From a virus (Duplodnaviria > Caudoviricetes), in IMG/VR virus record IMGVR_UViG_3300044626_000486, positions 1 through 25,613 of that record: DNA of 25,613 nucleotides. One strand, given 5' to 3'. The position numbers and the translations under genes were made by a program. Shown here piece by piece: positions 1-7,782 of this stretch. The notes beneath the pieces were generated by a model that was not told where the DNA came from, searched no databases, and saw only the letters and a list, made by a program, of their open reading frames with translations. How positions within the stretch are numbered: position 1 is the stretch's first letter; the number at the start of each line of letters is the position of its first letter.

Positions 1-303
1 AAGATTGCTAGAGCCAGTGATAGCTGGAATGGTTACGGTACTGCTAAACGTAGCACTTGTCCCACTTAAAGCCCCCGTCATCGTTCCGCCCGAAAGCGAC
101 AACTTCGCATCTAACGCATTTTGCAAATCAGTTTGACTGCTTAGCGTTCCAGTGATACTCCCCCATGCCGCAACAGGAATAGCTTGGCTACCCACGTTAC
201 CACTGGTATCGATAGTCAGCATCGACGTAGCCAACGGTGCAGCAGACAGCCAATCAGAGTACAGACCTTTGTTGCGGATCGGAGAGATAACGCCAAGCGA
301 CAT
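1..303 (-). CDS. Tail fibre-like protein, N-terminal part (runs off the left edge; not in the ORF track)
   Basis: My translation from ATG 303 is open to position 1: MSLGVISPIRNKG...WGSITGTLSSQTDLQNALDAKLSLSGGTMTGALSGTSATF. The WGxITGTLSxQTDL and LSGGTMTGAL motifs are typical of phage tail fibres. Confidence 0.75.
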   Translation of the reverse strand, partial: MSLGVISPIRNKGLYSDWLSAAPLATSMLTIDTSGNVGSQAIPVAAWGSITGTLSSQTDLQNALDAKLSLSGGTMTGALSGTSATFSSTVTIPAITGSSNL

Positions 304-313
304 AGCTTAATAC

Positions 314-613
314 CTATTGAGGCAATACGTCTGGAATCTGAAGTTGCTGAACAAGTGCCGCTTGTTGCTCTAGTGTCAGAGAATCAAACATCTGCAAAGC
401 AGACTTCTTTTTGTGCTCAACAAGTTGCTGGTAGTACGAATCGCAGGCCGATTTGAAAATCATTTCGGCATAGCTGGCATCGGTAAATAATGGCTTGGGT
501 TCTTCACCTTCTGGCAGGGCTTCGTTTGCTGCTTGAATAGGTGCGTTGGCTTGCAGTACAACGAACTGCAAACCCCAGAGTTGTTCACTTGTTAGCTTGG
601 TTAGATCGATCAT
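314..613 (-). CDS. Hypothetical phage protein (possible tail-fibre-associated/chaperone)
   Basis: 99 aa helical protein packed in the operon directly upstream of the fibre gene. Function inferred from position only. Confidence 0.6.
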   Translation of the reverse strand: MIDLTKLTSEQLWGLQFVVLQANAPIQAANEALPEGEEPKPLFTDASYAEMIFKSACDSYYQQLVEHKKKSALQMFDSLTLEQQAALVQQLQIPDVLPQ

Positions 614-833
614 TGAACTCTAATTCCCATTTGTAGTTTTCTTGACAATGGCAAGACTGCTTGAACAGTAGCCAGAAAAGCGTATCAATAGAGACCCTCA
701 ATAAAACAGCGTTGCGACTGTAAGCAAGACTTGAAAGCATCCATTGTGATTCTGCAAACACAATAGCCGCCAGCAGCCTACTCACTGCAATTTGAATATG
801 ATCGAAGCGAGTTAACCCTTGATGGATATCCAT
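585..833 (-). CDS. Small conserved-looking phage protein of unknown function
   Basis: Fills the 613-812 gap. The pattern LSSLAY...IDTLFW...HCQENYKWE resembles a recurrent small phage family (LSSRAY...IDxLF...HC...E) found near tail genes. Start uncertain. Confidence 0.55.
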   Translation of the reverse strand: MDIHQGLTRFDHIQIAVSRLLAAIVFAESQWMLSSLAYSRNAVLLRVSIDTLFWLLFKQSCHCQENYKWELEFNDRSNQANK

Positions 834-1180
834 ATCTTCGAGTCCGCGCCCACTGCGGAGTTGACCGTAAAACGAGTAACCTGAGCATGACGGATCTTCG
901 CAAGCTCTGTCGCATCCGTGAACACTTTAATGCCAGTCGCTGCCGTCCACGAAACCAGATCAATCCAGGTCGTGCCATCATAGGTTGTCTGCATCGTGAT
1001 GGTCTTTGTGTTGACACCGGCAGGCAGAACCAACATCACAGAGTCCGCTGGCCCTATATCAATCGACCCGCTCGTGACACCAGCATTGGCAATCGTAACA
1101 TTAGCCCAGCCGTAATCGCGAAAGATCGAAGCCTTAGGCTTGACCGTCAACTCACCAAATTTTCGCACTGCATTAGGCAC
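812..1180 (-). CDS. Putative virion structural beta-sandwich protein
   Basis: VTIANAGVTSGSIDIG...ITMQTTYDGTTW is beta-rich and T/G/S-rich. GGGGA-type SD upstream of GTG. Confidence 0.55.
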   Translation of the reverse strand: MPNAVRKFGELTVKPKASIFRDYGWANVTIANAGVTSGSIDIGPADSVMLVLPAGVNTKTITMQTTYDGTTWIDLVSWTAATGIKVFTDATELAKIRHAQVTRFTVNSAVGADSKIWISIKG

Positions 1181-1191
1181 AACTCATCCCC

Positions 1192-1989
1192 TTATTTTCC
1201 ATCGACTGTTGATCGGATTGCAAAGAACTGGTGATACTTAATCGTCTGAGATAGGTGCCGTCGCCAAGTCTGATACGAACGACCCTGCTGGCCCCAGCTA
1301 ACATCCCAGCTATTTGCCATGTCAAACAACCACTCACCAGAACTAGACAGCACTACATCATCGACAAGCACTGCATGATTACCAACGCCATGACTCTCAC
1401 CAGAAATGCCATTGCTATCAAGATTGCTCCAGCGATTGGATGCGTGAACCGCTATAATGCAATCGAAGCCAAGGGCGCAGGCAACTGCCAACTCAAGCTC
1501 TGTCTCCATCGCATAACACTCAAGCATCACATTGGATGCCATCGAATCCTTCTGCACTTGAGGGATCCGACCCCAGCGGTACTCTGGCCTCTCACCAGCA
1601 ATAGCCTCTGGGATTCCGTGACGCATCATCCATTCCATGCCATCCTTCAGCAAAGCACCCCGATCAACCCCACCATTGATCGCTGAGTACATGGCAAAGC
1701 CACTCAGAGCCTTACGAGGCAGGCCGCGACGAACGCGAGCACGAGCCCCACCACCTGCACAAGCGAAGCCACAACAGGCTCCAAGGTGTTTTTGAGACAT
1801 GATCCAGTCAGAACCAAATCGCTTTCGACCACTTTTACGGCTAGGATCCGAGATAACCTTATTGACCTGCTCACCAGTCAACATTGGCTTCTCGTCCATA
1901 AACAGACGATAGCCGCTTACACGATTGACCGGCTGAATCAAGCCAGTACCGTACAGCTTGCCTTGATACTCTATGATTTCATTAGCCAT
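1192..1989 (-). CDS. Papain-like (C1 family) cysteine peptidase
   Basis: Oxyanion Gln and catalytic Cys in SQKHLGACCGFA (cf. papain QGSCGSCWAF), His in GNHAVLV, Asn in ANSWDVSWGQQG. No signal peptide. Confidence 0.9.
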   Translation of the reverse strand: MANEIIEYQGKLYGTGLIQPVNRVSGYRLFMDEKPMLTGEQVNKVISDPSRKSGRKRFGSDWIMSQKHLGACCGFACAGGGARARVRRGLPRKALSGFAMYSAINGGVDRGALLKDGMEWMMRHGIPEAIAGERPEYRWGRIPQVQKDSMASNVMLECYAMETELELAVACALGFDCIIAVHASNRWSNLDSNGISGESHGVGNHAVLVDDVVLSSSGEWLFDMANSWDVSWGQQGRSYQTWRRHLSQTIKYHQFFAIRSTVDGK

Positions 1990-1991
1990 GA

Positions 1992-2393
1992 CTACTTCCC
2001 TGTGTATTTCTTGACTAAAGCATCAAGAGAAGCCAGTGATGGAGACGCTTCAATGCCTACCAGCTTGCCACCCGCCTCATACACCAAGATCACAGGAGGC
2101 TTCGCAGTTCCCATATTACCAAGGAACTTCTCAACCTCTGGCTTCCTGGCATCTTTAGTAACGTCATATCTCTTAACTGAAACACCGCGATCAGCCAAAG
2201 ACTGCCACTTATCACTATTGACTAGGATCGCTGTATCAACATCTGGCTGACTCGTCTCTTCCATTAAAACGAAATCAACCTTGTCGTACTTGACGACTGG
2301 GCTGATGTCGATCTTGCCTTTACCAGAGGCAAACAAAACCGCAGCCACGAGCAGCAAAACACCACCCCAGAAGGCCCCACCTCTACTTACCAT
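1992..2393 (-). CDS. N-terminal membrane-anchored protein, possible CxxC-less thioredoxin-like fold
   Basis: Start reassigned to ATG 2393 (GGAGG SD). Hydrophobic FWGGVLLLVAAVLFASG. C-terminal KPPVILVYEAGGKLVG...LDALVKKY resembles the thioredoxin cis-Pro/beta3-beta4/alpha4 segment. Confidence 0.55.
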   Translation of the reverse strand: MVSRGGAFWGGVLLLVAAVLFASGKGKIDISPVVKYDKVDFVLMEETSQPDVDTAILVNSDKWQSLADRGVSVKRYDVTKDARKPEVEKFLGNMGTAKPPVILVYEAGGKLVGIEASPSLASLDALVKKYTGK

Positions 2394-2631
2394 TAACCGA
2401 GCCCTCCGTGAATTCATCAAGCACTGACTTATCAACCTCAGCCATCTTGGTTGCGTCTAGCTTGACGACAAGTATCTTTCGAATGCGAATGTACTCTGAC
2501 AGCAAATCAGTCACATCAGCCACTGGCTGCTTGTCTTTCGCGAAGTAGCTCTTGATCTTAGAAAGATCAATCATCGACGATGCGATAAGTATCAAACCAC
2601 CGCAAGCTATTACATAAGGAAAGTATTCCAT
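2383..2631 (-). CDS. Small single-TM protein (holin-like candidate)
   Basis: 82 aa with N-terminal TM YFPYVIACGGLILIASSMI and a charged C-terminus. GGGGGA SD; overlaps the next gene. Confidence 0.6.
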   Translation of the reverse strand: MEYFPYVIACGGLILIASSMIDLSKIKSYFAKDKQPVADVTDLLSEYIRIRKILVVKLDATKMAEVDKSVLDEFTEGSVNGK

Positions 2632-2637
2632 TCTCAG

Positions 2638-2658
2638 TCCCCCTATATTCTTCCCTGC
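2638..2658. repeat. 21-bp exact direct repeat, copy 1 (tccccctatattcttccctgc)
   Basis: Identical to 10344-10364. Intergenic and includes the SD of the 2383..2631 gene. Confidence 0.9.
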
Positions 2659-2667
2659 GGATCAATT

Positions 2668-3651
2668 TCAGAACTGACACTCAATCTGACCACGATCGAT
2701 AAGGAAATTTCTGAACTCGGTCTTTCTCTTACCGTTCACCCTTGCGTGACCGAATCCATGATTCCAGTTGTTGACTGGCGAGTAATCTTTAACCAGCTTG
2801 CAAAGACAACCGATGGAGTACGTATTGTGAGTTACCTTGCGAACCCCCTCCGTCATGCACCAGTGAGACAAGTAGTGATGATGACCGACGACGCCGCTAC
2901 AGCCTGTCCTAGTAAACAAAGACTTCGCTGGATTAGCAGGCGATGTCATACCCTTAGGAAGCTCGTGCCCATGAAATACACACAGATTGCCGACGATAGA
3001 ATGTTGCTTAGATGAGACACATGTAATACCAAGATCACCCAAACCAAGAACCTTATCTAACTCAAACTGCTCAATACCCACCACAGCACTGGCACGCTGA
3101 TACAAGTATCTTTCGTATCTATCCTCGTGGTTCCCAATCTTATAGATGACCTTGCCCTTAAACTGTTTCTTCAGGCTCTTAAGAAAAACCTTCAGTAGTT
3201 CCAGTTCATTGCTAGGACTAGACTGCCTCGGATCAACAACAAAATCAGAGAACTTGTAGAAGTCAACGCAATCGCCATTAAGGTAAAGATTCTTTATCTT
3301 CTTATCGACTGCGTACCTTATGCACGTTTCGATCGCAATTTCGTCATGATATGGAATATGCAGATCGCTTATGACAAGCCAATCCCCTGGCTGATTTAAC
3401 TTCAGAGGTTTCTTGACCTGATTGATGCCAGGAGGCAGTTGCAAGGAACAGTGCTTTTTGTGCTCGCAAACATTAACCTTTTTCCTGTCCCTGCTTCCAG
3501 TAGCACCAAAGCGATATCGAATGGAATGTCGAGCCCGTTCTATAGTGTAAAGCTCTGGGTATTGCTCAACTAGCAATCTTGCTAGTGTCCTATTGCCGAC
3601 ATTAGGAAACTTGTCAATAACCTCGTCAATGATCCTGTCTCGTCTCGACAT
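2668..3651 (-). CDS. Calcineurin-like metallophosphoesterase with an N-terminal helical (HTH-like) extension
   Basis: Motifs SDLH, NGDCVD, GNHE, HGH and GHHH all present. Start reassigned to ATG 3651 (GAGG SD). Confidence 0.9.
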   Translation of the reverse strand: MSRRDRIIDEVIDKFPNVGNRTLARLLVEQYPELYTIERARHSIRYRFGATGSRDRKKVNVCEHKKHCSLQLPPGINQVKKPLKLNQPGDWLVISDLHIPYHDEIAIETCIRYAVDKKIKNLYLNGDCVDFYKFSDFVVDPRQSSPSNELELLKVFLKSLKKQFKGKVIYKIGNHEDRYERYLYQRASAVVGIEQFELDKVLGLGDLGITCVSSKQHSIVGNLCVFHGHELPKGMTSPANPAKSLFTRTGCSGVVGHHHYLSHWCMTEGVRKVTHNTYSIGCLCKLVKDYSPVNNWNHGFGHARVNGKRKTEFRNFLIDRGQIECQF

Positions 3652-3668
3652 AAGCATCCTCATTGTGA

Positions 3669-3689
3669 TTACTGAAGTGACTTCAGTAA
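3669..3689. promoter_or_regulatory. Perfect 10-1-10 palindrome TTACTGAAGT-G-ACTTCAGTAA
   Basis: Lies between the stop at 3691 and the phosphoesterase SD. No U-tract on either side, so operator-like. Confidence 0.6.
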
Positions 3690-3690
3690 G

Positions 3691-4134
3691 CTATTCAGTC
3701 ACTCGCGTCTCGCGTACTGTGACAGTTATCAGCATGGCACAAACATCCAGGTTGCTTTTGCGCCATTTGGGCATAGAGGTGAAATCAGCATGCCGAACAA
3801 TAGTGATTAGCTCACACTCAATTCCGCCAATCCTCTTGCGATGAAACATCTGACGAATCCTAGTTCTAAAGTAGGACTTCGCGGTCAAACCTTCCTGAGT
3901 ATTCATCCTCCCAATGGATCTAGTGATACGAAAAGTGTATTGAATATCATCCTGCAAGTTTGTCCCAACACCCTCAGATTCTTCCATTGGAGAAACAGTG
4001 ATTCCATTGGAAGGTTTAATTTCTGGAGGATCTTCATAGCGCACTTCACTAGCACGAAAAGGCGGAAAGTTTTCAGCCTTAAGTAAAGCTACAATACGAT
4101 CGGCTATCTCTTTGTGCCTGTCCGTCTGTGCCAT
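3691..4134 (-). CDS. Putative tail terminator/completion protein
   Basis: 147 aa with an N-terminal helix (EIADRIVALLKA), alternating beta strands and C-terminal LITVTVRE, as in gpU-like proteins. Located in the structural operon. Confidence 0.5.
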   Translation of the reverse strand: MAQTDRHKEIADRIVALLKAENFPPFRASEVRYEDPPEIKPSNGITVSPMEESEGVGTNLQDDIQYTFRITRSIGRMNTQEGLTAKSYFRTRIRQMFHRKRIGGIECELITIVRHADFTSMPKWRKSNLDVCAMLITVTVRETRVTE

Positions 4135-4385
4135 TACCTACTCGCTATCTGATCCAATCGTAGCCACAGAAGATAAGTAATCAGTAGAGTCACTGCGGTT
4201 GAGGCAACGCAGATTCCGAGGAGGACGTAGGCGGACCACTTTGCAACTCTTTCTCTATCACGCTTTGCTTGTTCAGCAGTGCGGATATTGCCGTATAGTT
4301 GCCGGAAGCTAGCGCGATTGCAATGGCGATGACCGTCGCAAGCCACTTGTAATTGTCTCTCACGAAAATCAGCATGTCCTTCCAT
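4134..4385 (-). CDS. Nested out-of-frame 83-aa ORF with a C-terminal TM helix
   Basis: GGGAG-7nt-ATG at 4385; TM WSAYVLLGICVASTAVTLLITYLLWL; stop overlaps the next ATG as TAATG at 4134. Confidence 0.45.
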   Translation of the reverse strand: MEGHADFRERQLQVACDGHRHCNRASFRQLYGNIRTAEQAKRDRERVAKWSAYVLLGICVASTAVTLLITYLLWLRLDQIASR

Positions 4386-4810
4386 GACGCTACTCCCGAT
4401 TCCTTCATGTCGTTGTGCGGAACGAAGAAGATCCAAAAGAATTGAACCTCTCCGATCACTGGCTCCCGAAACACCGTCAAGCTCCCCCACGCATACCTCG
4501 GCCTCTCCGGTCGTGAGCCGTTCTTGTGAAACGCCTTGACTACCGTGTAGCTCGTCAATTCGCCAGACTTTAATCTCTCCACCAGATCCCGATCCACTGT
4601 CAGGTGCTTTTCGTGCGTTATCTCTCCAAGAACCATGGAGAGAAGCTGACCCTCGGTGTACTCCAGGCATCGACACATCGATGTATTCACCCATCGAAAC
4701 CTACCTTCTTTCGTGACCGCTGCCATACCTATTGGCATGTCGGAGCACAGCCGCACAGCACCCGCTTGGGTAATGGAGACTGGCCCCATATCTGGATCCG
4801 TTAAAGCCAT
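4190..4810 (-). CDS. PAS-domain protein with a C-terminal transmembrane helix
   Basis: DMPIGMAAVTKEGRFRWVNTSMCRCLEYTEGQLLSMVLGEITHEKH...SYTVVKAFHKNGS matches the PAS/PAC consensus (PIGMA...GRF..VN...LGYSEEELL...DITHPDD). TM is WLATVIAIAIALASG. No output domain. Confidence 0.85.
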   Translation of the reverse strand: MALTDPDMGPVSITQAGAVRLCSDMPIGMAAVTKEGRFRWVNTSMCRCLEYTEGQLLSMVLGEITHEKHLTVDRDLVERLKSGELTSYTVVKAFHKNGSRPERPRYAWGSLTVFREPVIGEVQFFWIFFVPHNDMKESGVASWKDMLIFVRDNYKWLATVIAIAIALASGNYTAISALLNKQSVIEKELQSGPPTSSSESALPQPQ

Positions 4811-4825
4811 TGGCGTTATCCGTAA

Positions 4826-5239
4826 TTACATGCTATCCACAATTCGACGCAATGTAGGCATATCCATGTAGCCAGTGTGTGAAATAGCCTTGCCTCTACC
4901 GAAAACCTCAAATCTAGGTACTGGACCTTCGCTCGTATACACTTCACGAAATTTCCAGAACGACCGCAATACTTTCGGTAGCTCAACTTGCTTCCATCGC
5001 TCACACCAAACACACCCGTCTCGTGTGTACATTACGATCGTCCCGTCCTGGCTTTCTGGCTTAGGATCCGAAATAATCTCTGGCTGAACATCGATGATAG
5101 GATCTGGCTCTGCGACAACCTCAATCACTGGCTCCTCAACTTCAGGCTGAGGAATAGTCTTGAGTTGCATGCATGAGCCAATCAATCCCATAATCGCCAC
5201 GATCATGCCGACCTGAAACACTCCCTGCATGGCTTTCAT
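4826..5239 (-). CDS. Thioredoxin/glutaredoxin-like protein with a lipoprotein-type signal
   Basis: IVMYTRDGCVWCERWK gives the CxxC and GPVPRF the cis-Pro. N-terminal hydrophobic stretch ends in a lipobox-like IGSC, followed by a Pro/Glu-rich linker. Confidence 0.85.
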   Translation of the reverse strand: MKAMQGVFQVGMIVAIMGLIGSCMQLKTIPQPEVEEPVIEVVAEPDPIIDVQPEIISDPKPESQDGTIVMYTRDGCVWCERWKQVELPKVLRSFWKFREVYTSEGPVPRFEVFGRGKAISHTGYMDMPTLRRIVDSM

Positions 5240-5541
5240 TACACTGCCCTCAAATCACTAAGAGCCTTGCGAATGATCGATTCCAGCGTCGACTTCAGTA
5301 CCTTATCAACCATGACTTCCATGACATCAGGAATACCTGGAAGATCCAGCGGAGCGATGTACTTGTCGTACAGTTCTCCACAGAATGACACCATCTTCTC
5401 AGCATCAATGCCTGCACTCTTTTCCAGAATCTCCAGAATTAGCTTGGCAAGATTACCAACCACAGATCCCTTGTCCGCTCCACTGACAGCAGCAAACGCA
5501 GCCACCTTACTCTCTAGCTCATACTTGACATCAGGACTCAT
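5239..5541 (-). CDS. Hypothetical helical protein
   Basis: GGAG SD and TAATG coupling to the thioredoxin gene. Confidence 0.7.
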   Translation of the reverse strand: MSPDVKYELESKVAAFAAVSGADKGSVVGNLAKLILEILEKSAGIDAEKMVSFCGELYDKYIAPLDLPGIPDVMEVMVDKVLKSTLESIIRKALSDLRAV

Positions 5542-5564
5542 AACTTAACTCCATTAGGGGGAAA

Positions 5565-6758
5565 CTAGACAGGAGGCAAAACCGTCGTATACCTCCACCA
5601 CTTATCATTCAGTCCAAGCGTTCCAAACATGCTCGGCTCATGATCAAAGTTAGTTGTGCTCTCAGCTTGCATCGCCAATCGGAAAGATTGCTTTGAAAGC
5701 TCCTTAGCCTCAGCCAACTTGGCGTGATCCGCGTTTGTTGAGAAATGCTCGAACGCTAAACTTTCGAAGTAATCCATCATGGTCATCGGATTGATGTCCA
5801 GTGGATCGCTTAGCGAATAACCTCTATCGCTCGCCGTCACAGGAGAGGCTTCCACCAACTCCAGTGTCGTAGAACTAGGAACTCTCCTGACAACAGCTTG
5901 CCATTCAAATTCATCGCGACCCGCAGCACCGTAATGAAGACCACTTGGTAAAGAACTACTAGGAGACAGGCGAAAAATAGTGCCCACCAGATTCTGACTA
6001 AACGACGCACCTGCACAGGTAACTGTATTGCTACCTGACGTTACCGCCGCATCAGCGCCTGACACCTCATATGTCCTTAGTGGCGTAGGAGCCACATCGA
6101 CATGAACTTCATACACCTCAGCCACTGTTGGCGGAGGAACCAAGCAGAAATCCATCACACCCATACGATCGCGACTAGGCAGAATGGCATACTGGATTGG
6201 AGTCCCTGGCTGACGAAACATCTTGCGAAAACGAGGATAGTCTAAAGACGTACAAGCTTTTAACCTGTATATCTGGTTTCCTCTCCACGCTTCCGCTACC
6301 TGCTTGACTGGAACAGGAAACGGATAGCAACTCCGAAACCATGTCAATCCAGTACCAGACACATCCTTACCAGGATTAGTTTCCTCTGTCAGCGTGACGA
6401 TCGTATTACTCACGCGACGTTCGATCTGGTAAACTACATCACCCAGAATAATCTCGCCGCAGACAGCAGTGGTTGGCCAAACCGAGGAGCCAGTGATAGT
6501 CAACTGGCGCTCGTAAGTTCCACCTGTATGGTCATACGACACAGCATCGATCGTCTGCGGAGCCTCAACAAGCAACGTCAGCCTACGATTGTAAAACCTC
6601 CAGTTGTGTATGGCAGGTAACATCCGATAAGCCTTATCGATCGCCACTCGCAAACGTGCAATGTCAACCTCTGAGCCAGCCAGACCGTTACGAAGCAACA
6701 GTCTCTGAACCATGTCCCAGAAAGTGAACACATTGTTCCAGCTAGCTAAGTAGGTCAC
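5565..6758 (-). CDS. Putative head-tail adaptor protein with inserted beta domains
   Basis: N-terminal helices plus NWRF, the GTPIQYA...LVPPP motif and C-terminal helices resemble podophage adaptor proteins. Downstream of the portal. Confidence 0.55.
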   Translation of the reverse strand: MTYLASWNNVFTFWDMVQRLLLRNGLAGSEVDIARLRVAIDKAYRMLPAIHNWRFYNRRLTLLVEAPQTIDAVSYDHTGGTYERQLTITGSSVWPTTAVCGEIILGDVVYQIERRVSNTIVTLTEETNPGKDVSGTGLTWFRSCYPFPVPVKQVAEAWRGNQIYRLKACTSLDYPRFRKMFRQPGTPIQYAILPSRDRMGVMDFCLVPPPTVAEVYEVHVDVAPTPLRTYEVSGADAAVTSGSNTVTCAGASFSQNLVGTIFRLSPSSSLPSGLHYGAAGRDEFEWQAVVRRVPSSTTLELVEASPVTASDRGYSLSDPLDINPMTMMDYFESLAFEHFSTNADHAKLAEAKELSKQSFRLAMQAESTTNFDHEPSMFGTLGLNDKWWRYTTVLPPV

Positions 6759-6772
6759 AGACTACCCCATCA

Positions 6773-7219
6773 TTAGGTGTGAGTAATTGCGCCAGAGACA
6801 GTCATCGCACCACCTGGCAAGCAAGCAGCCAAGAAGCTCGTAGCAGTGCTTGCAAAGGTGAAAGTCAACACCGCAACGCCAGTAGCGCTCGTTACGACTC
6901 GCAACACCTTGTCGGCAACAAGTTCAGCGACAACCCCAGTGGTAGCTGCAATCGTGTAGTCGGTTGCATTGAGTGCAAACGTAGATGTGCTGCTGATCAA
7001 AAGAAAATCCAAACAGACGCGATTATCCAAAGCACGATTGTCGATCGTCTTGACCGTAATCGTCACAGCAATCGCATTGGTAGCCTCAGCACCAATCGAA
7101 TAAGAAACTGTATAAGCACCATCATCCATAAGGTTGATGACATCAGCCAGTTTGCGCCCAGGCGAAGGCTGAGCTACTGCCGCAATAAGTGAACTTCGCT
7201 CGGTCCCAGTTAAAGACAT
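6773..7219 (-). CDS. Putative structural Ig-like/beta protein
   Basis: T/A/V-rich beta strands (TSATGVAVLTFT). GGAG SD. Confidence 0.55.
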   Translation of the reverse strand: MSLTGTERSSLIAAVAQPSPGRKLADVINLMDDGAYTVSYSIGAEATNAIAVTITVKTIDNRALDNRVCLDFLLISSTSTFALNATDYTIAATTGVVAELVADKVLRVVTSATGVAVLTFTFASTATSFLAACLPGGAMTVSGAITHT

Positions 7220-7221
7220 TC

Positions 7222-7782
7222 CTAACTCCTTGCTCCATGTTGATCCACAACAAACTCCCGTAATTCCTGGTCTCCCATCCTAGAAAACTCAGGACTTGAC
7301 TTATACTTTGCGACTTCAGCCTGAACTAAATCCTCAGCCAATCGCACAGGTGCCTTTGGTGCCACCTCGTACTTTTGCGTACCAACTTCATCGCATTGCA
7401 GACGATTCTCTTCACACACCTTGCGAATCTTTGACACGCCATCAGCCTGCGAAACAAAAGCTCGTTTATCTCCTGGCTTCCTAGCAAGCTGACTCAAGTA
7501 AACATCATTGGGGTTTGGGGTATATCCGTCAGCCTTGGCTCCCTCAATAATCTCTTGGAGGAACTCAGGGTCATCCTTAAATTGATTCTCTAGAGTGCCG
7601 CGACCAGAGAAGAATGTGTTCTCTGTACTAACACCAGGGAATTTCTTGGAGGCTAACACCTCCCTCATATTCTTCCTGCCCTTAACGATTTCACTTTCAG
7701 GTAAAGGCGGTTCATAGCGAACCTCCCCATCACTCTCAATCATAGTGTGAACTACACCGTTGATCTTGATCTTATAAGCCAC
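7222..7782 (-). CDS. Hypothetical phage protein
   Basis: GGAG-7nt-GTG at 7782; overlaps the portal stop. Confidence 0.7.
   Translation of the reverse strand: MAYKIKINGVVHTMIESDGEVRYEPPLPESEIVKGRKNMREVLASKKFPGVSTENTFFSGRGTLENQFKDDPEFLQEIIEGAKADGYTPNPNDVYLSQLARKPGDKRAFVSQADGVSKIRKVCEENRLQCDEVGTQKYEVAPKAPVRLAEDLVQAEVAKYKSSPEFSRMGDQELREFVVDQHGARS

Noticed and set aside
4386-4694. Full 186-aa version of the alternative-frame ORF 4134..4694
   Set aside because: The upstream part lies within the PAS core and looks like off-frame sequence; only the SD-supported 3' part was kept.
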